Origin: Candidatus Fervidifonticultor quintus
GTDB lineage: Bacteria; Sysuimicrobiota; Sysuimicrobiia; Sysuimicrobiales; Humicultoraceae
DNA length: 63,727 nucleotides
Reading direction: 5' to 3'
NCBI GenBank assembly: GCA_031459535.1
Contig: JAVKIJ010000007.1
Coordinates: 1 to 63,727 of the forward strand
The notes beneath the pieces were generated by a model. The model ran no database searches and was not told the origin of the DNA. It was given only the letters and a program-made list of their open reading frames with translations. Positions 29,676 through 42,606 of this stretch are shown here, in pieces. Position numbers and translations under genes: made by a program. Position 1 is the first letter of the stretch, and the number at the start of each line of letters is the position of its first letter.

Positions 29676-30335
29676 TCAGCGCCGGCGGGGTCGGCGCGTG
29701 CGCTTCTTCCGTATGGGCTTCGTCACACGGCGCCGCGCGGGCGTCGGTGCCTTCCGCACGGGGCGCCGCGCGGGCCCGGCCGCCTCCACCGGCGGGGGTG
29801 GAGCCGACGGCTCCACTGCTGGCGGAACCGTGGCCGCGAGGGCGCTCTCTGTAGGTATCAGCGACAGTTGCTGGGGCGCGCCGGACAGCGCGGCCAGCAC
29901 CTCTTCCGTGTGACCGTCCACCCTGACCCTGGGAAAGATGTGGGTGATCGTGCCGTGCTCGTCAATGATGAAGGTCGTGCGCTCGGTGCCCATGAACGTC
30001 CTGCCGTACTGTTGTTTCTCCTTCCACACCCCGTAGGCGGTGACGATGGTACGGGACTCGTCACTGACCAGCGGAAAGGGCAGGCCGTACTTCTGCTTGA
30101 ACCGGGCATGGGATGTGACGCTGTCGGTGCTCACACCGAGCACCACCGCGCCGCGATCGAGCAGCGCCTGATAGTGGTCCCGGAAGCTGCAGGCCTCTCG
30201 CGTGCACCCTGGTGTGTCATCTTTCGGATAGAAGTAGAGCACGACCTTGCGGCCGCGGAAGTCGGCCAGTGAGATCGTCGTTCCGGCATCCGTGGTCGCT
30301 GTGAACTCGGGAGCCCGCTCCCCGACCTGCAGCAT
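29676..30335 (-). CDS. bcp: Thioredoxin-dependent thiol peroxidase (Bcp/PrxQ) with a C-terminal Pro-rich and basic extension
   Basis: YFYPKDDTPGCTREACSFRD, ERTTFIID. Confidence 0.92.
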   Translation of the reverse strand: MLQVGERAPEFTATTDAGTTISLADFRGRKVVLYFYPKDDTPGCTREACSFRDHYQALLDRGAVVLGVSTDSVTSHARFKQKYGLPFPLVSDESRTIVTAYGVWKEKQQYGRTFMGTERTTFIIDEHGTITHIFPRVRVDGHTEEVLAALSGAPQQLSLIPTESALAATVPPAVEPSAPPPPVEAAGPARRPVRKAPTPARRRVTKPIRKKRTRRPRRR

Positions 30336-30400
30336 GCGCGTCCCTCCCCCAGGAGTGCCTCCGTGTCCAGTGTGCCGGTCGTCTGTGGGCGCGGGAGCGC

Positions 30401-31300
30401 TCACCGGCGACCGACCAGATCCCGCAGCGCCGGCTCCAGCTCAGTCCACCTGAAGCGAAATCCGTGCGCCTGGAGCCGCGCGGGCAGGACGCGTTGGCTG
30501 CTCAACAATAGTTCATCGGCCATCTGCCGGCCCAGCGCCAGGCGCAGCGCGAACGCGGGCGCTCGCAGCAGCGCGGGGCGCCGCACCGCGCGGGCCAGGG
30601 CCTGCGCAAACTCCCTGTTGGGCACCGGATGCGGTCCCACGACGTTGACCGGCCCGGCCAGCGACGGCGTGCGCAGGGCGAAGAGCACCGCAGCCACCAG
30701 GTCCTCGACGTGCACCCAGCTCCACCACTGGCGGCCGCTGCCCAGCGGCCCGCCGAGCCCCAACCGGAACAGCGCGAGCAGCGGGGCCAGAAACCCTCCG
30801 TGCGCCAGCACCAGACCGAAGCGGGTACAGACCACGCGCACCCCGTCCGGGGCGCGCTGGGCCTCCTGCTCCCAGGCCACGGCCACGTCGGCCATAAACC
30901 CCCGGCCCGGCCCCGCCTCTTCCGTGAGCACCTGGTCGCCCCGGTCGCCGTAGAAGCCGATCGCCGATGCCGAAATGAACACCGGCGGCCGGTGCCGCGC
31001 CCTGCCCATGGTCTCGACCAGCAACCGGGTTGCCCGGATGCGGCTGTCGGCGATCTCGCGGCGCGCCGCCGCGGTCCACCGGCCGGGCGCGACGCGGCGG
31101 CCGGCCAGGTTGATGACCGCGTCGGCGCCGTCGAGCGCCCCGGGGTCGAGCACGCCGCGGGCCGGATCCCACGGGATCTCCTGCGGCCCGACGGCCGCGC
31201 GCCGCACCAGACGGCGGACCTCGATGCCCTGCGCGTCCAGGGTGGCCGCAAGCGCCCCGCCCAGCAGGCCGGACGCCCCGGCGATGAGCGTTGCCGGCAT
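30401..31300 (-). CDS. TIGR01777-family NAD-dependent epimerase-like protein (YfcH-like)
   Basis: [37 protein letters not shown]. Confidence 0.9.
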   Translation of the reverse strand: MPATLIAGASGLLGGALAATLDAQGIEVRRLVRRAAVGPQEIPWDPARGVLDPGALDGADAVINLAGRRVAPGRWTAAARREIADSRIRATRLLVETMGRARHRPPVFISASAIGFYGDRGDQVLTEEAGPGRGFMADVAVAWEQEAQRAPDGVRVVCTRFGLVLAHGGFLAPLLALFRLGLGGPLGSGRQWWSWVHVEDLVAAVLFALRTPSLAGPVNVVGPHPVPNREFAQALARAVRRPALLRAPAFALRLALGRQMADELLLSSQRVLPARLQAHGFRFRWTELEPALRDLVGRR

Positions 31301-31389
31301 GCCGCATCTTTCGCGGGGAACGAAGAGGAAATCCTGCTCGCCGGCGGGGATACCCGAGAGGGACGTGTGCTGTCGGGGAGGTGGCGCCT

Positions 31390-33057
<1,668 letters not shown>

Positions 33058-33074
33058 GCCAGACCGCGACCCCC

Positions 33075-33593
33075 TCAGCGCCCGGCTGCCTGGGCCGAGA
33101 CGTTGCGTGGGGTGAAGACCCCGATGAACCGCACCGTGATGCCCGCCTCGGCCGGCGCCACGTCCACCGTCAGGCCGCGGCCGTCCCAGCGGATCACGGA
33201 ACCCTGGCCGCCGGTGTACAGCCCGTAGGTCCGCAGGAATTCCAGCAGGGGCTGCCCGACCCTGTGACCGCCGGTCTCGGTGGTGAACCGGTCGTCATCG
33301 GTAAAGATGTAGCTGACCACGCCCGGGGTGTGGAGCTGGAGCGGTTGCCAGCGGTCGAGCGCACACACGCCCACCCCGCGGTCAGGATTGCAGAACCCGT
33401 GCGTGGATGGGGTGTCCACCTCTTCGACCGGGCCGAACGCTTCCATCAGCCCCCGCACCCGATCCAGCGGCATGCCGATCTCGATGGGACCGATGGCCCG
33501 ACCGGGCAGGATCACCACCGGCTGCGCCTCGGCGGCGAACAGCAGCAGGCTGACCAATGCGACGGCACCGAGGGTGCTCACCCCGACTCTCAT
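33075..33593 (-). CDS. Hypothetical secreted protein
   Basis: N-terminal signal peptide, RBS AGGAG, plausible codon usage. Confidence 0.7.
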   Translation of the reverse strand: MRVGVSTLGAVALVSLLLFAAEAQPVVILPGRAIGPIEIGMPLDRVRGLMEAFGPVEEVDTPSTHGFCNPDRGVGVCALDRWQPLQLHTPGVVSYIFTDDDRFTTETGGHRVGQPLLEFLRTYGLYTGGQGSVIRWDGRGLTVDVAPAEAGITVRFIGVFTPRNVSAQAAGR

Positions 33594-33879
33594 GGCCCTG
33601 CTCCTTTGTGCATCGAACCTGTCCTGCTATTCAGTGGCCCGGGTGAGACCACAAATGGGACAGAGCTGCGAGTACTGATCAATTTGATGATACCACTCCA
33701 CCCATCAGTGGGTCGCCTGCGATGTCTCGATTCGTTGGAACTGACCCTCGCCCGGCGTCCTGTGCGCGAAGGCCAGATGCCCCTTGAGTTGGCGCTGCCG
33801 ACTCACCCGCGGCTGATCGGACAATGGCCGCCATCGTTCTCTACGGACTCAGCGGAGGGTGTCCCAGGGCCGGTTGGGA

Positions 33880-34030
33880 GGCTGCTCCACGCCCGCAGTG
33901 TTGCGACGGCACACCGAGCGCAAGAACCAGACAGCCGTTCCAGCGGCAAGTCCGATGACCTGCTGGGCGACGCGGACCTGGAAACGTACCGGGGCGGCAC
34001 GTCGTGCAGCCCGGTGGCAGAAGGCGCGTG
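33880..34030 (+). pseudogene. Probable decayed tyrosine integrase C-terminal remnant
   Basis: Translates LHARSVATA...DDLLGDADLETYRG, resembling the H-x-L-R-H-S-x-A-T ... L-L-G-H-x-x-x-x-T-T-x-x-Y box; lies just beyond the tRNA 3' end. Confidence 0.45.
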
Positions 34031-34268
34031 CTAGAGCGCCTCCGACATCCGACCGGGCGCCATCGTACGACGAGCCGCCAGACCCGGGAAACGTCATCCG
34101 GCTAGCGACCTACTGGAAGCAGCGCAAGTCGCCCGTGCGGGTCCGGGACGAGCGGTTGGCCACGCGCCTGGAAAGCAGGAACGCCTCTACAACGGCAGCG
34201 AGCTGATCACCGGATCTTGGGGCCTCTTGGGAGCAGCGAAGCGTCAGAAACCTGCGCAGAAACTGCAT

Positions 34269-34347
34269 TGGCGGGAGCGACGGGATTTGAACCCGCGATC
34301 TCCTGCGTGACAGGCAGGTGTGTTGAACCAGGCTACACCACGCCCCC
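34269..34347 (-). tRNA. tRNA-Asp (GTC), CCA encoded
   Basis: GGGGGCG acceptor stem; CCTGC-CTGTCAC-GCAGG anticodon arm; GGTTCAAATCC T-loop; ends GCCA. Confidence 0.97.
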
Positions 34348-34373
34348 GGGAAGCGAGCACTCCCGCCGTCGTC

Positions 34374-34398
34374 ATTCTAGAATCGGGCCCCGCAGGTG

Positions 34399-34402
<4 letters not shown>
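34374..34402 (-). promoter_or_regulatory. Sigma70-type promoter for tRNA-Asp
   Basis: TTGACA-17 nt-TAGAAT; the -35 element overlaps the leuB stop codon. Confidence 0.8.
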
Positions 34403-35469
<1,067 letters not shown>

Positions 35470-35517
35470 GCCACACCTCCGCCGCAACCCTCAGAGCGCG
35501 CCCTCTCGCCGGACGGG

Positions 35518-36960
35518 CTACCACCGGGTAACCACGACCTTCTTCCGGCTGTAGAAGTCGAGCCCGTCGGTGCCGTGGACGTGGAGGTCACCGAAGAACG
35601 ACCCCTTCCAGCCCGAAAAGGGGTAGAACGCGAATGGCTGGGCCACGCCCACGTTGATCCCGACCATGCCGGCTTCGACGCGTTCCCGGAACTGGCGGGC
35701 AGACCGGCCCGAGGTGGTGAAGATGGACGCCATGTTGCCGAAGCTGGCACGGTTGGCGGCCTCGACGGCTTCGTCGAGGGTGGCCACGGTGGACACGGAG
35801 AGCACCGGGCCGAAGATCTCCTCGCGGGCCACCGCCATCTCGGGCGTGACCCCGTCGAGGATCGTCGGGCCGAGGAAGAACCCGGGCCGGTCCAGGTACG
35901 CGCGGCCATCCACCACGAGGCGGGCGCCGTCGGCTAGCCCGGCTTCGATGTACCCCACGACCCGTCGGCGGTGTTCGTCGCGAATGAGCGGACCGACCTG
36001 CACGCCCGGCTGGTCACCCGGCCCGACCACGAGTCGCTGGCTCTCGTGCGCCAGCCGCTCGAGCAGCGGGCCCCGCGCCGTTCCCACGGCCGAGAGCACG
36101 CTGCCGGCGAGACAGCGCTCTCCGGCGTTGCCGAATGCGGAGTTCAGGATGGCGGGGACGGCGACATCGAGATCGGCGTCGGGCATCACGATCAGGTGGT
36201 TCTTGGCACCGCCGGCAGCCTGCACGCGCTTGCCGGAGGCGGCCGCGGTGCGGTACACGTGGTGCGCCACAGGGCCCGAGCCCACGAAGGAGACGGCCGC
36301 CACCTGAGGATGGGTCAGGAGGCGGTCAACAGCGCTCCCCGCGCCGTGGACGACGTTGAGGACGCCCGCGGGGAACCCTGCTTCGACGAACAGTTCCGCC
36401 AGGCGTACGGCGCCCAGCGGTGTGCGCTCCGACGGTTTGAGGACGAAGGTATTGCCAGCGACCACCGCCAGCGGGAACATCCACAGGGGGATCATCACGG
36501 GGAAGTTGAACGGTGTGATCCCCGCCACCACACCCAGGGGATAGCGGAACAGATCCTGATCTACACCGCGGGTCACCTCGCGGAGCGTACGGCCCTGGAG
36601 CAGGGTCGGAGCCCCGCAGGCGAATTCTACAACCTCGATCCCGCGGCGGACCTCGCCGCGCGCCTCCTCCAGCGTCTTGCCGTGGTGCAGGGTGACGAGA
36701 CGCGCCAGTTCCTCGTGGTGCTGCTCGAGCAGCTCCCGGTAGCGGAACATGAGGGCGACGCGCTCGGTGACCGGGGTGCGCGACCACCGGCGATAGGCCT
36801 CGGCCGCCACCTCCACCGCGGCATCGACCTCCTCGGGCCCCGACAGCGGGACCTCGCCGAGCACGGCGGCGGTGGCGGGGTCATAGACCGGGAGCGTCTG
36901 CGCAGACGGCTGCACGCGCCGCCCGCCGACCACGTTGGGGACCACGCTTGGGCGCGTCAC
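35518..36960 (-). CDS. mmsA: CoA-acylating (methyl)malonate-semialdehyde dehydrogenase
   Basis: ITPFNFP, AGGAKNH, GNAGERCLA, EEIFGPV, GWKGSFFGDLH. Confidence 0.92.
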   Translation of the reverse strand: MTRPSVVPNVVGGRRVQPSAQTLPVYDPATAAVLGEVPLSGPEEVDAAVEVAAEAYRRWSRTPVTERVALMFRYRELLEQHHEELARLVTLHHGKTLEEARGEVRRGIEVVEFACGAPTLLQGRTLREVTRGVDQDLFRYPLGVVAGITPFNFPVMIPLWMFPLAVVAGNTFVLKPSERTPLGAVRLAELFVEAGFPAGVLNVVHGAGSAVDRLLTHPQVAAVSFVGSGPVAHHVYRTAAASGKRVQAAGGAKNHLIVMPDADLDVAVPAILNSAFGNAGERCLAGSVLSAVGTARGPLLERLAHESQRLVVGPGDQPGVQVGPLIRDEHRRRVVGYIEAGLADGARLVVDGRAYLDRPGFFLGPTILDGVTPEMAVAREEIFGPVLSVSTVATLDEAVEAANRASFGNMASIFTTSGRSARQFRERVEAGMVGINVGVAQPFAFYPFSGWKGSFFGDLHVHGTDGLDFYSRKKVVVTRW

Positions 36961-37125
36961 TCAGTAGGCCTCCTGAATCTGCCGGCACACCCACGCCGCA
37001 GCGTCCTGATCGTCAACCGCGCCGACCCGCCCGCCGCGTTCGGCCAGCTCGCGAGCCAGCGTCGCTAGGTCCACCTCACCGTCCCAGCCGCAGAAGATGG
37101 TGCGCCAGACCGCTCCCCACTCCAT
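36961..37125 (-). CDS. Small hypothetical protein (54 aa), not in the supplied ORF track
   Basis: RBS GAGGGGG; MEWGAVWRTIFCGWDGEVDLATLARELAERGGRVGAVDDQDAAAWVCRQIQEAY*; fills the cimA-mmsA gap, with its stop directly abutting the mmsA GTG. Confidence 0.65.
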   Translation of the reverse strand: MEWGAVWRTIFCGWDGEVDLATLARELAERGGRVGAVDDQDAAAWVCRQIQEAY

Positions 37126-37146
37126 CACGAGATCCCCCTCTCGCGG

Positions 37147-38721
37147 CTAGCCTGCAGGCAGCGACGCTGTCGCGAGCAGCGCGTACTCCAGACTGTCGGC
37201 CAGCGCCTGGGCGCTGGCGAGCACCACGTTCTCGGACACGCCGACCGTGCCCCAGTGGCGCAGGCCGTCGGTCGAGGTGATCAACACGCGCACCCGCGCC
37301 GCGGTCGCGGCCTCAGCATTGAGCACCCGCACCTTGTAGTCCACCAGCCGCACGCGGGCCAGTTCGGGATGAAAGCGCTCGAGCGCCGCGCGCAGCGCCC
37401 TGTCCAGCGCGTGCACCGGGCCGTTGCCCTCGGCGGACGCGCCCGCCTCCTGGCCCCGGACAGCCACCCGAACGATGGCGCGGGCGGTGCACTCGGCATC
37501 ATGGCGGTCCACGGCGACATGGAACGCCTTGATCTCGAACCCGGGCACGTGGCCCAGCACCGCTCGACGCAGCAGTAGCTCGAAGGACGCCTCGGCCCCC
37601 TCGAACTGGTACCCCTCGAACTCCAGACGCTTGAGGTCGTCGAGCACGGATTGGAGTTCGGGCCCGTTGCGGTCGATCTGCAACCCCAACTCCCCTGCCT
37701 TGTAGAGCACGTTGGCCCGTCCCGACAGGTCGCTGACCACCACGCGCCGGGCGTTGCCGACCATCTCGGGCGGGATGTGCTCGTAGGTGGCCGGGTCGGC
37801 CATCACGGCGCTGACATGCACGCCGCCCTTGTGCGCAAAGGCGTTGGCGCCCACGTAGGGCTGGTAGTCGTCCGGCGCCATGTTGGCCAGCTCGGCCACC
37901 AGCCGGCTCAGGTCGGTCAGGCGCGCCAGGGCCTCAGGCGCCAGGGCGTCCAGGCCCATCTTGAGCCGCAGCCCGGGAACCACCGAGCACAGGTTGGCGT
38001 TGCCGCACCGCTCGCCGTAACCGTTGACCGTGCCCTGGACGTGCACGCATCCGGCAGCCACCGCGGCGAACGTGTTGGCTGTGGCCAGCTCGGCATCGTT
38101 GTGGGTGTGGATACCGATCGGGCCGCCGACCTCGCGGGCGACGAGTGCGACCCCGTCACGGATCTGCTCGGGAAGGCTGCCGCCGTTCGTATCGCAGAGG
38201 ACCAGGCAGTGCGCGCCGGCGGATCGGGCCGCCTGGAGGGTCGCCAGGGCGTAGTCGCGGTTGGCCCGCAGGCCGTCGAAGAAGTGCTCCGCGTCGTAGA
38301 TGACCTCGCGGCCGGCCGCCCGCAGGTAGGCGACCGACTCACGGATCATGGCCAGGTTCTCCTCGAGCGTGGTGCGCAGGGCCGTCCGGACGTGCAGATC
38401 CCACGACTTACCGAAGATGGTCACCGTGGGGGTGCCGACGCCCAGCAGCAGCCTGAGGTTGGCATCGTCGTCGGCCCGGCCGCCCGCCCGCCGCGTGCTG
38501 CCGAACGCGGCGATGCGCGTGTGCCGCCACGGGAGCGCCCGCACCTGCTCGAAGAAGGCCAGGTCCTTGGGGTTGCTGCCGGGCCAGCCGCCCTCGATGT
38601 AGTCAAAGCCCATCTCGTCCATGCGCCGGGCAATCCGCACCTTGTCCTCGACGGAGAACGCCACACCGGCGGCCTGGGTGCCGTCCCGCAGCGTCGTGTC
38701 GTAGACGGCGATGCGCCTCAT
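37147..38721 (-). CDS. cimA: Citramalate synthase
   Basis: DTTLRDGTQ, GGWPGSNPKD, FGKSWDLHV, DAEHFFDG, HKGGVH, EGAEASFEL. Confidence 0.93.
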   Translation of the reverse strand: MRRIAVYDTTLRDGTQAAGVAFSVEDKVRIARRMDEMGFDYIEGGWPGSNPKDLAFFEQVRALPWRHTRIAAFGSTRRAGGRADDDANLRLLLGVGTPTVTIFGKSWDLHVRTALRTTLEENLAMIRESVAYLRAAGREVIYDAEHFFDGLRANRDYALATLQAARSAGAHCLVLCDTNGGSLPEQIRDGVALVAREVGGPIGIHTHNDAELATANTFAAVAAGCVHVQGTVNGYGERCGNANLCSVVPGLRLKMGLDALAPEALARLTDLSRLVAELANMAPDDYQPYVGANAFAHKGGVHVSAVMADPATYEHIPPEMVGNARRVVVSDLSGRANVLYKAGELGLQIDRNGPELQSVLDDLKRLEFEGYQFEGAEASFELLLRRAVLGHVPGFEIKAFHVAVDRHDAECTARAIVRVAVRGQEAGASAEGNGPVHALDRALRAALERFHPELARVRLVDYKVRVLNAEAATAARVRVLITSTDGLRHWGTVGVSENVVLASAQALADSLEYALLATASLPAG

Positions 38722-39227
38722 CGCCCCGCCGGCCTCGCCGCCACCTTTCGTCGCGTGTACTCGATGATGCCGCCTGAGGCCACCAGCTGCTGCATGAACG
38801 CCGGCAGCGGTACCGCCACATGCGAGGTGCCCCGCGTCTCGTTGACAATCTGCCCGGTCTGGGCATCCACGGCCACCCGGTCGCCGGTCTCGGTGACCGC
38901 GTGGAGGTCCGGGCATTCGTACAGCGGGAGGCCGATGTTGAACGCGTTGCGGTAGAAGATGCGGGCGTACGACCGGGCAATGATGCAGGCGACCCCCAGC
39001 CCCTTGAGGGCGATGGGCGCGTGCTCGCGCGAAGAGCCCTGCCCGAAGTTCTCGCCGGCGACCAGGATGTCGCCCGGCCGGATCCTGGCGGCAAGCGTCG
39101 GATCGAGATCTTCGAAGCAGTGCGCGGCCAGCTCTGTTGGATCGGTGGTCACCAGGTACCGTGCCGGGATGATGGCGTCGGTGTCGATGTGGTCGCCCAG
39201 CGTCCAGGCGGTGCCGCGAACGATCAT
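38718..39227 (-). CDS. leuD: 3-isopropylmalate dehydratase small subunit
   Basis: DTDAIIPARYL, NFGQGSSREHAP, ARIFYRN. Confidence 0.94.
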   Translation of the reverse strand: MIVRGTAWTLGDHIDTDAIIPARYLVTTDPTELAAHCFEDLDPTLAARIRPGDILVAGENFGQGSSREHAPIALKGLGVACIIARSYARIFYRNAFNIGLPLYECPDLHAVTETGDRVAVDAQTGQIVNETRGTSHVAVPLPAFMQQLVASGGIIEYTRRKVAARPAGR

Positions 39228-39258
39228 GGCGCTCCCCTCCCCGCCGCTTCGTCCCCGC

Positions 39259-40538
39259 TCACGCGCCCACCCCGGCCGCGGCTCGGCCGAGGACCTCGTC
39301 CGGATGGGCGAGCCGGCCCAGCACCGCGCTGGCGGCGGCGACCGCCGGACCGGCCAGGTACACCTTGCTCTCGCGGTGGCCCATGCGGCCCACGAAGTTG
39401 CGCGACGACGTGCTGACGCAGACCTCGCCGGCGGCCAGCACGCCCATGTGCCCGCCGATGCACGGCCCGCAGGTCGACGTGCTGACCGTGGCGCCGGCGT
39501 CCACGAAGGTCTCGATGAGGCCCTCCCGCAGCGCCTGCCGGTAAATCGCCGGCGTGGCCGGGATGACCAGCATGCGGGTGCGGGGGTGCACACGGCGGCC
39601 GGCCAGGAACCGGGCGGCTACGCGCAGGTCTTCGAGCCGGCCGTTGGTGCAGGTACCGACGAACACTTGGTCCACCGGCACGCCGGCCGCCTCGCGCACC
39701 GGCACCACGTTGCCGGGCGACGACGGCGCGGCCACCACCGGCTCGAGCCGGCTCGTCTCGTACTCGAAGACCCGGGCATACTCGGCGTCGGGATCGGGAT
39801 AGACGGGCGCAAACGGCCGCTTCGCGCGCGGCCCCACCCACTCCAGGGTGACCTCATCGGGTGCCATGATGCCGTTCTTGCCGCCCGCCTCGACGGCCAT
39901 GTTGGTGATGCTGAAGCGCTCGTCCATGGTGAGGTGTCGCAGGGCTTCCCCAGCAAACTCCATGGCGCAGTAGCGGGCGCCGTCGACGCCAATATCACCG
40001 ATCACCCGCAGCACGAGGTCTTTACCGGTGACCCACGGCGCCGGCCGGCCGTGGAACACGAACCTCAGCGTCTCGGGAACGCGGAACCACAGCTCGCCGG
40101 TGGCCATAACCGCCGCCAGGTCCGAGGACCCCACGCCGGTGGCGAACGCGCCCAGCGCCCCGTGGTTGCACGTGTGGGAGTCGGCGCCCACGAACACCTC
40201 GCCGGGCAACACCAGGCCCTCCTCGGCCATCTGGACGTGGCCGATGCCAGCCCGCCCGACCTCGTAGTAGTGCTGGATGCGATGCCGACGGGCGAACTCG
40301 CGCATCACCTTACACTGTTCGGCGGAGGCGATGTCCTTGTTGGGCGCGTAGTGATCGGGCACCAGCCCCACGCGCCCGGGGTCGAACACGGTGGGGACGC
40401 CGACCTTCTCGAACTCGCGGATCGCCAGCGGGGCGGTGATGTCGTTGGCGAAACAGAAGTCCACGCGCGCCTCGACCAGGTCACCGGGCCGCACGCGATC
40501 GAGGCCGCTGTGGGCCGCCAGGATCTTCTCGGTGAGGG

Positions 40539-40548
<10 letters not shown>
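39259..40548 (-). CDS. leuC: 3-isopropylmalate dehydratase large subunit
   Basis: DSHTC, GTCTNGR, CGPCIGGH (Fe-S ligands), RNFVGRMG. Confidence 0.95.
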
Positions 40549-42080
<1,532 letters not shown>

Positions 42081-42095
42081 GAGCGACCTCCGCGG

Positions 42096-42593
42096 CTAGG
42101 TATGCTGGGCGCCCCGCACCAGCGTCACCTGCCCGGTGCGGGCCATCTCCCGGATGCCGTACTTGGTCAGCAGGGAGACCATGGCGTCAATCTTCTCGGC
42201 CCGACCGGTGACCTCCAGGGTCATGGTGCGGTCGGTCAGATCCACGATATTAGAGCGGAACACGTTGGCAATCTCCATGATCTCCATGCGCGTACCCGGC
42301 GTGGCGTTGACCTTGATCAGAGCCAGTTCCCGGTCCACGGTGGGCGCGCCGTCAATGGCCGTGGCCCGCAGCACCTCCACCAGCTTGCGCAACTGCTTGG
42401 CGAACGACTCGGTGCGCTCAGGCGGCGTGTCCACCACGATGGTCATGCGGGACACCGCAGGGTCCTCGGTGGGGCCCACCGACAGGCTGTGGATGTTCAC
42501 CCCGCGCCGGCGGATGAGGCCGGCGACCCGCACCAGCACGCCCGGCTGGTTGTGGACCAGCACCGAAATCGTCGCCGCGTGAGCTTCGCTCAC
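42096..42593 (-). CDS. ilvN: Acetolactate synthase small subunit
   Basis: ACT domain NQPGVL, RELALIKV, EMARTG. Confidence 0.94.
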   Translation of the reverse strand: MSEAHAATISVLVHNQPGVLVRVAGLIRRRGVNIHSLSVGPTEDPAVSRMTIVVDTPPERTESFAKQLRKLVEVLRATAIDGAPTVDRELALIKVNATPGTRMEIMEIANVFRSNIVDLTDRTMTLEVTGRAEKIDAMVSLLTKYGIREMARTGQVTLVRGAQHT

Positions 42594-42606
42594 CGCCGCA
42601 CCCCGC

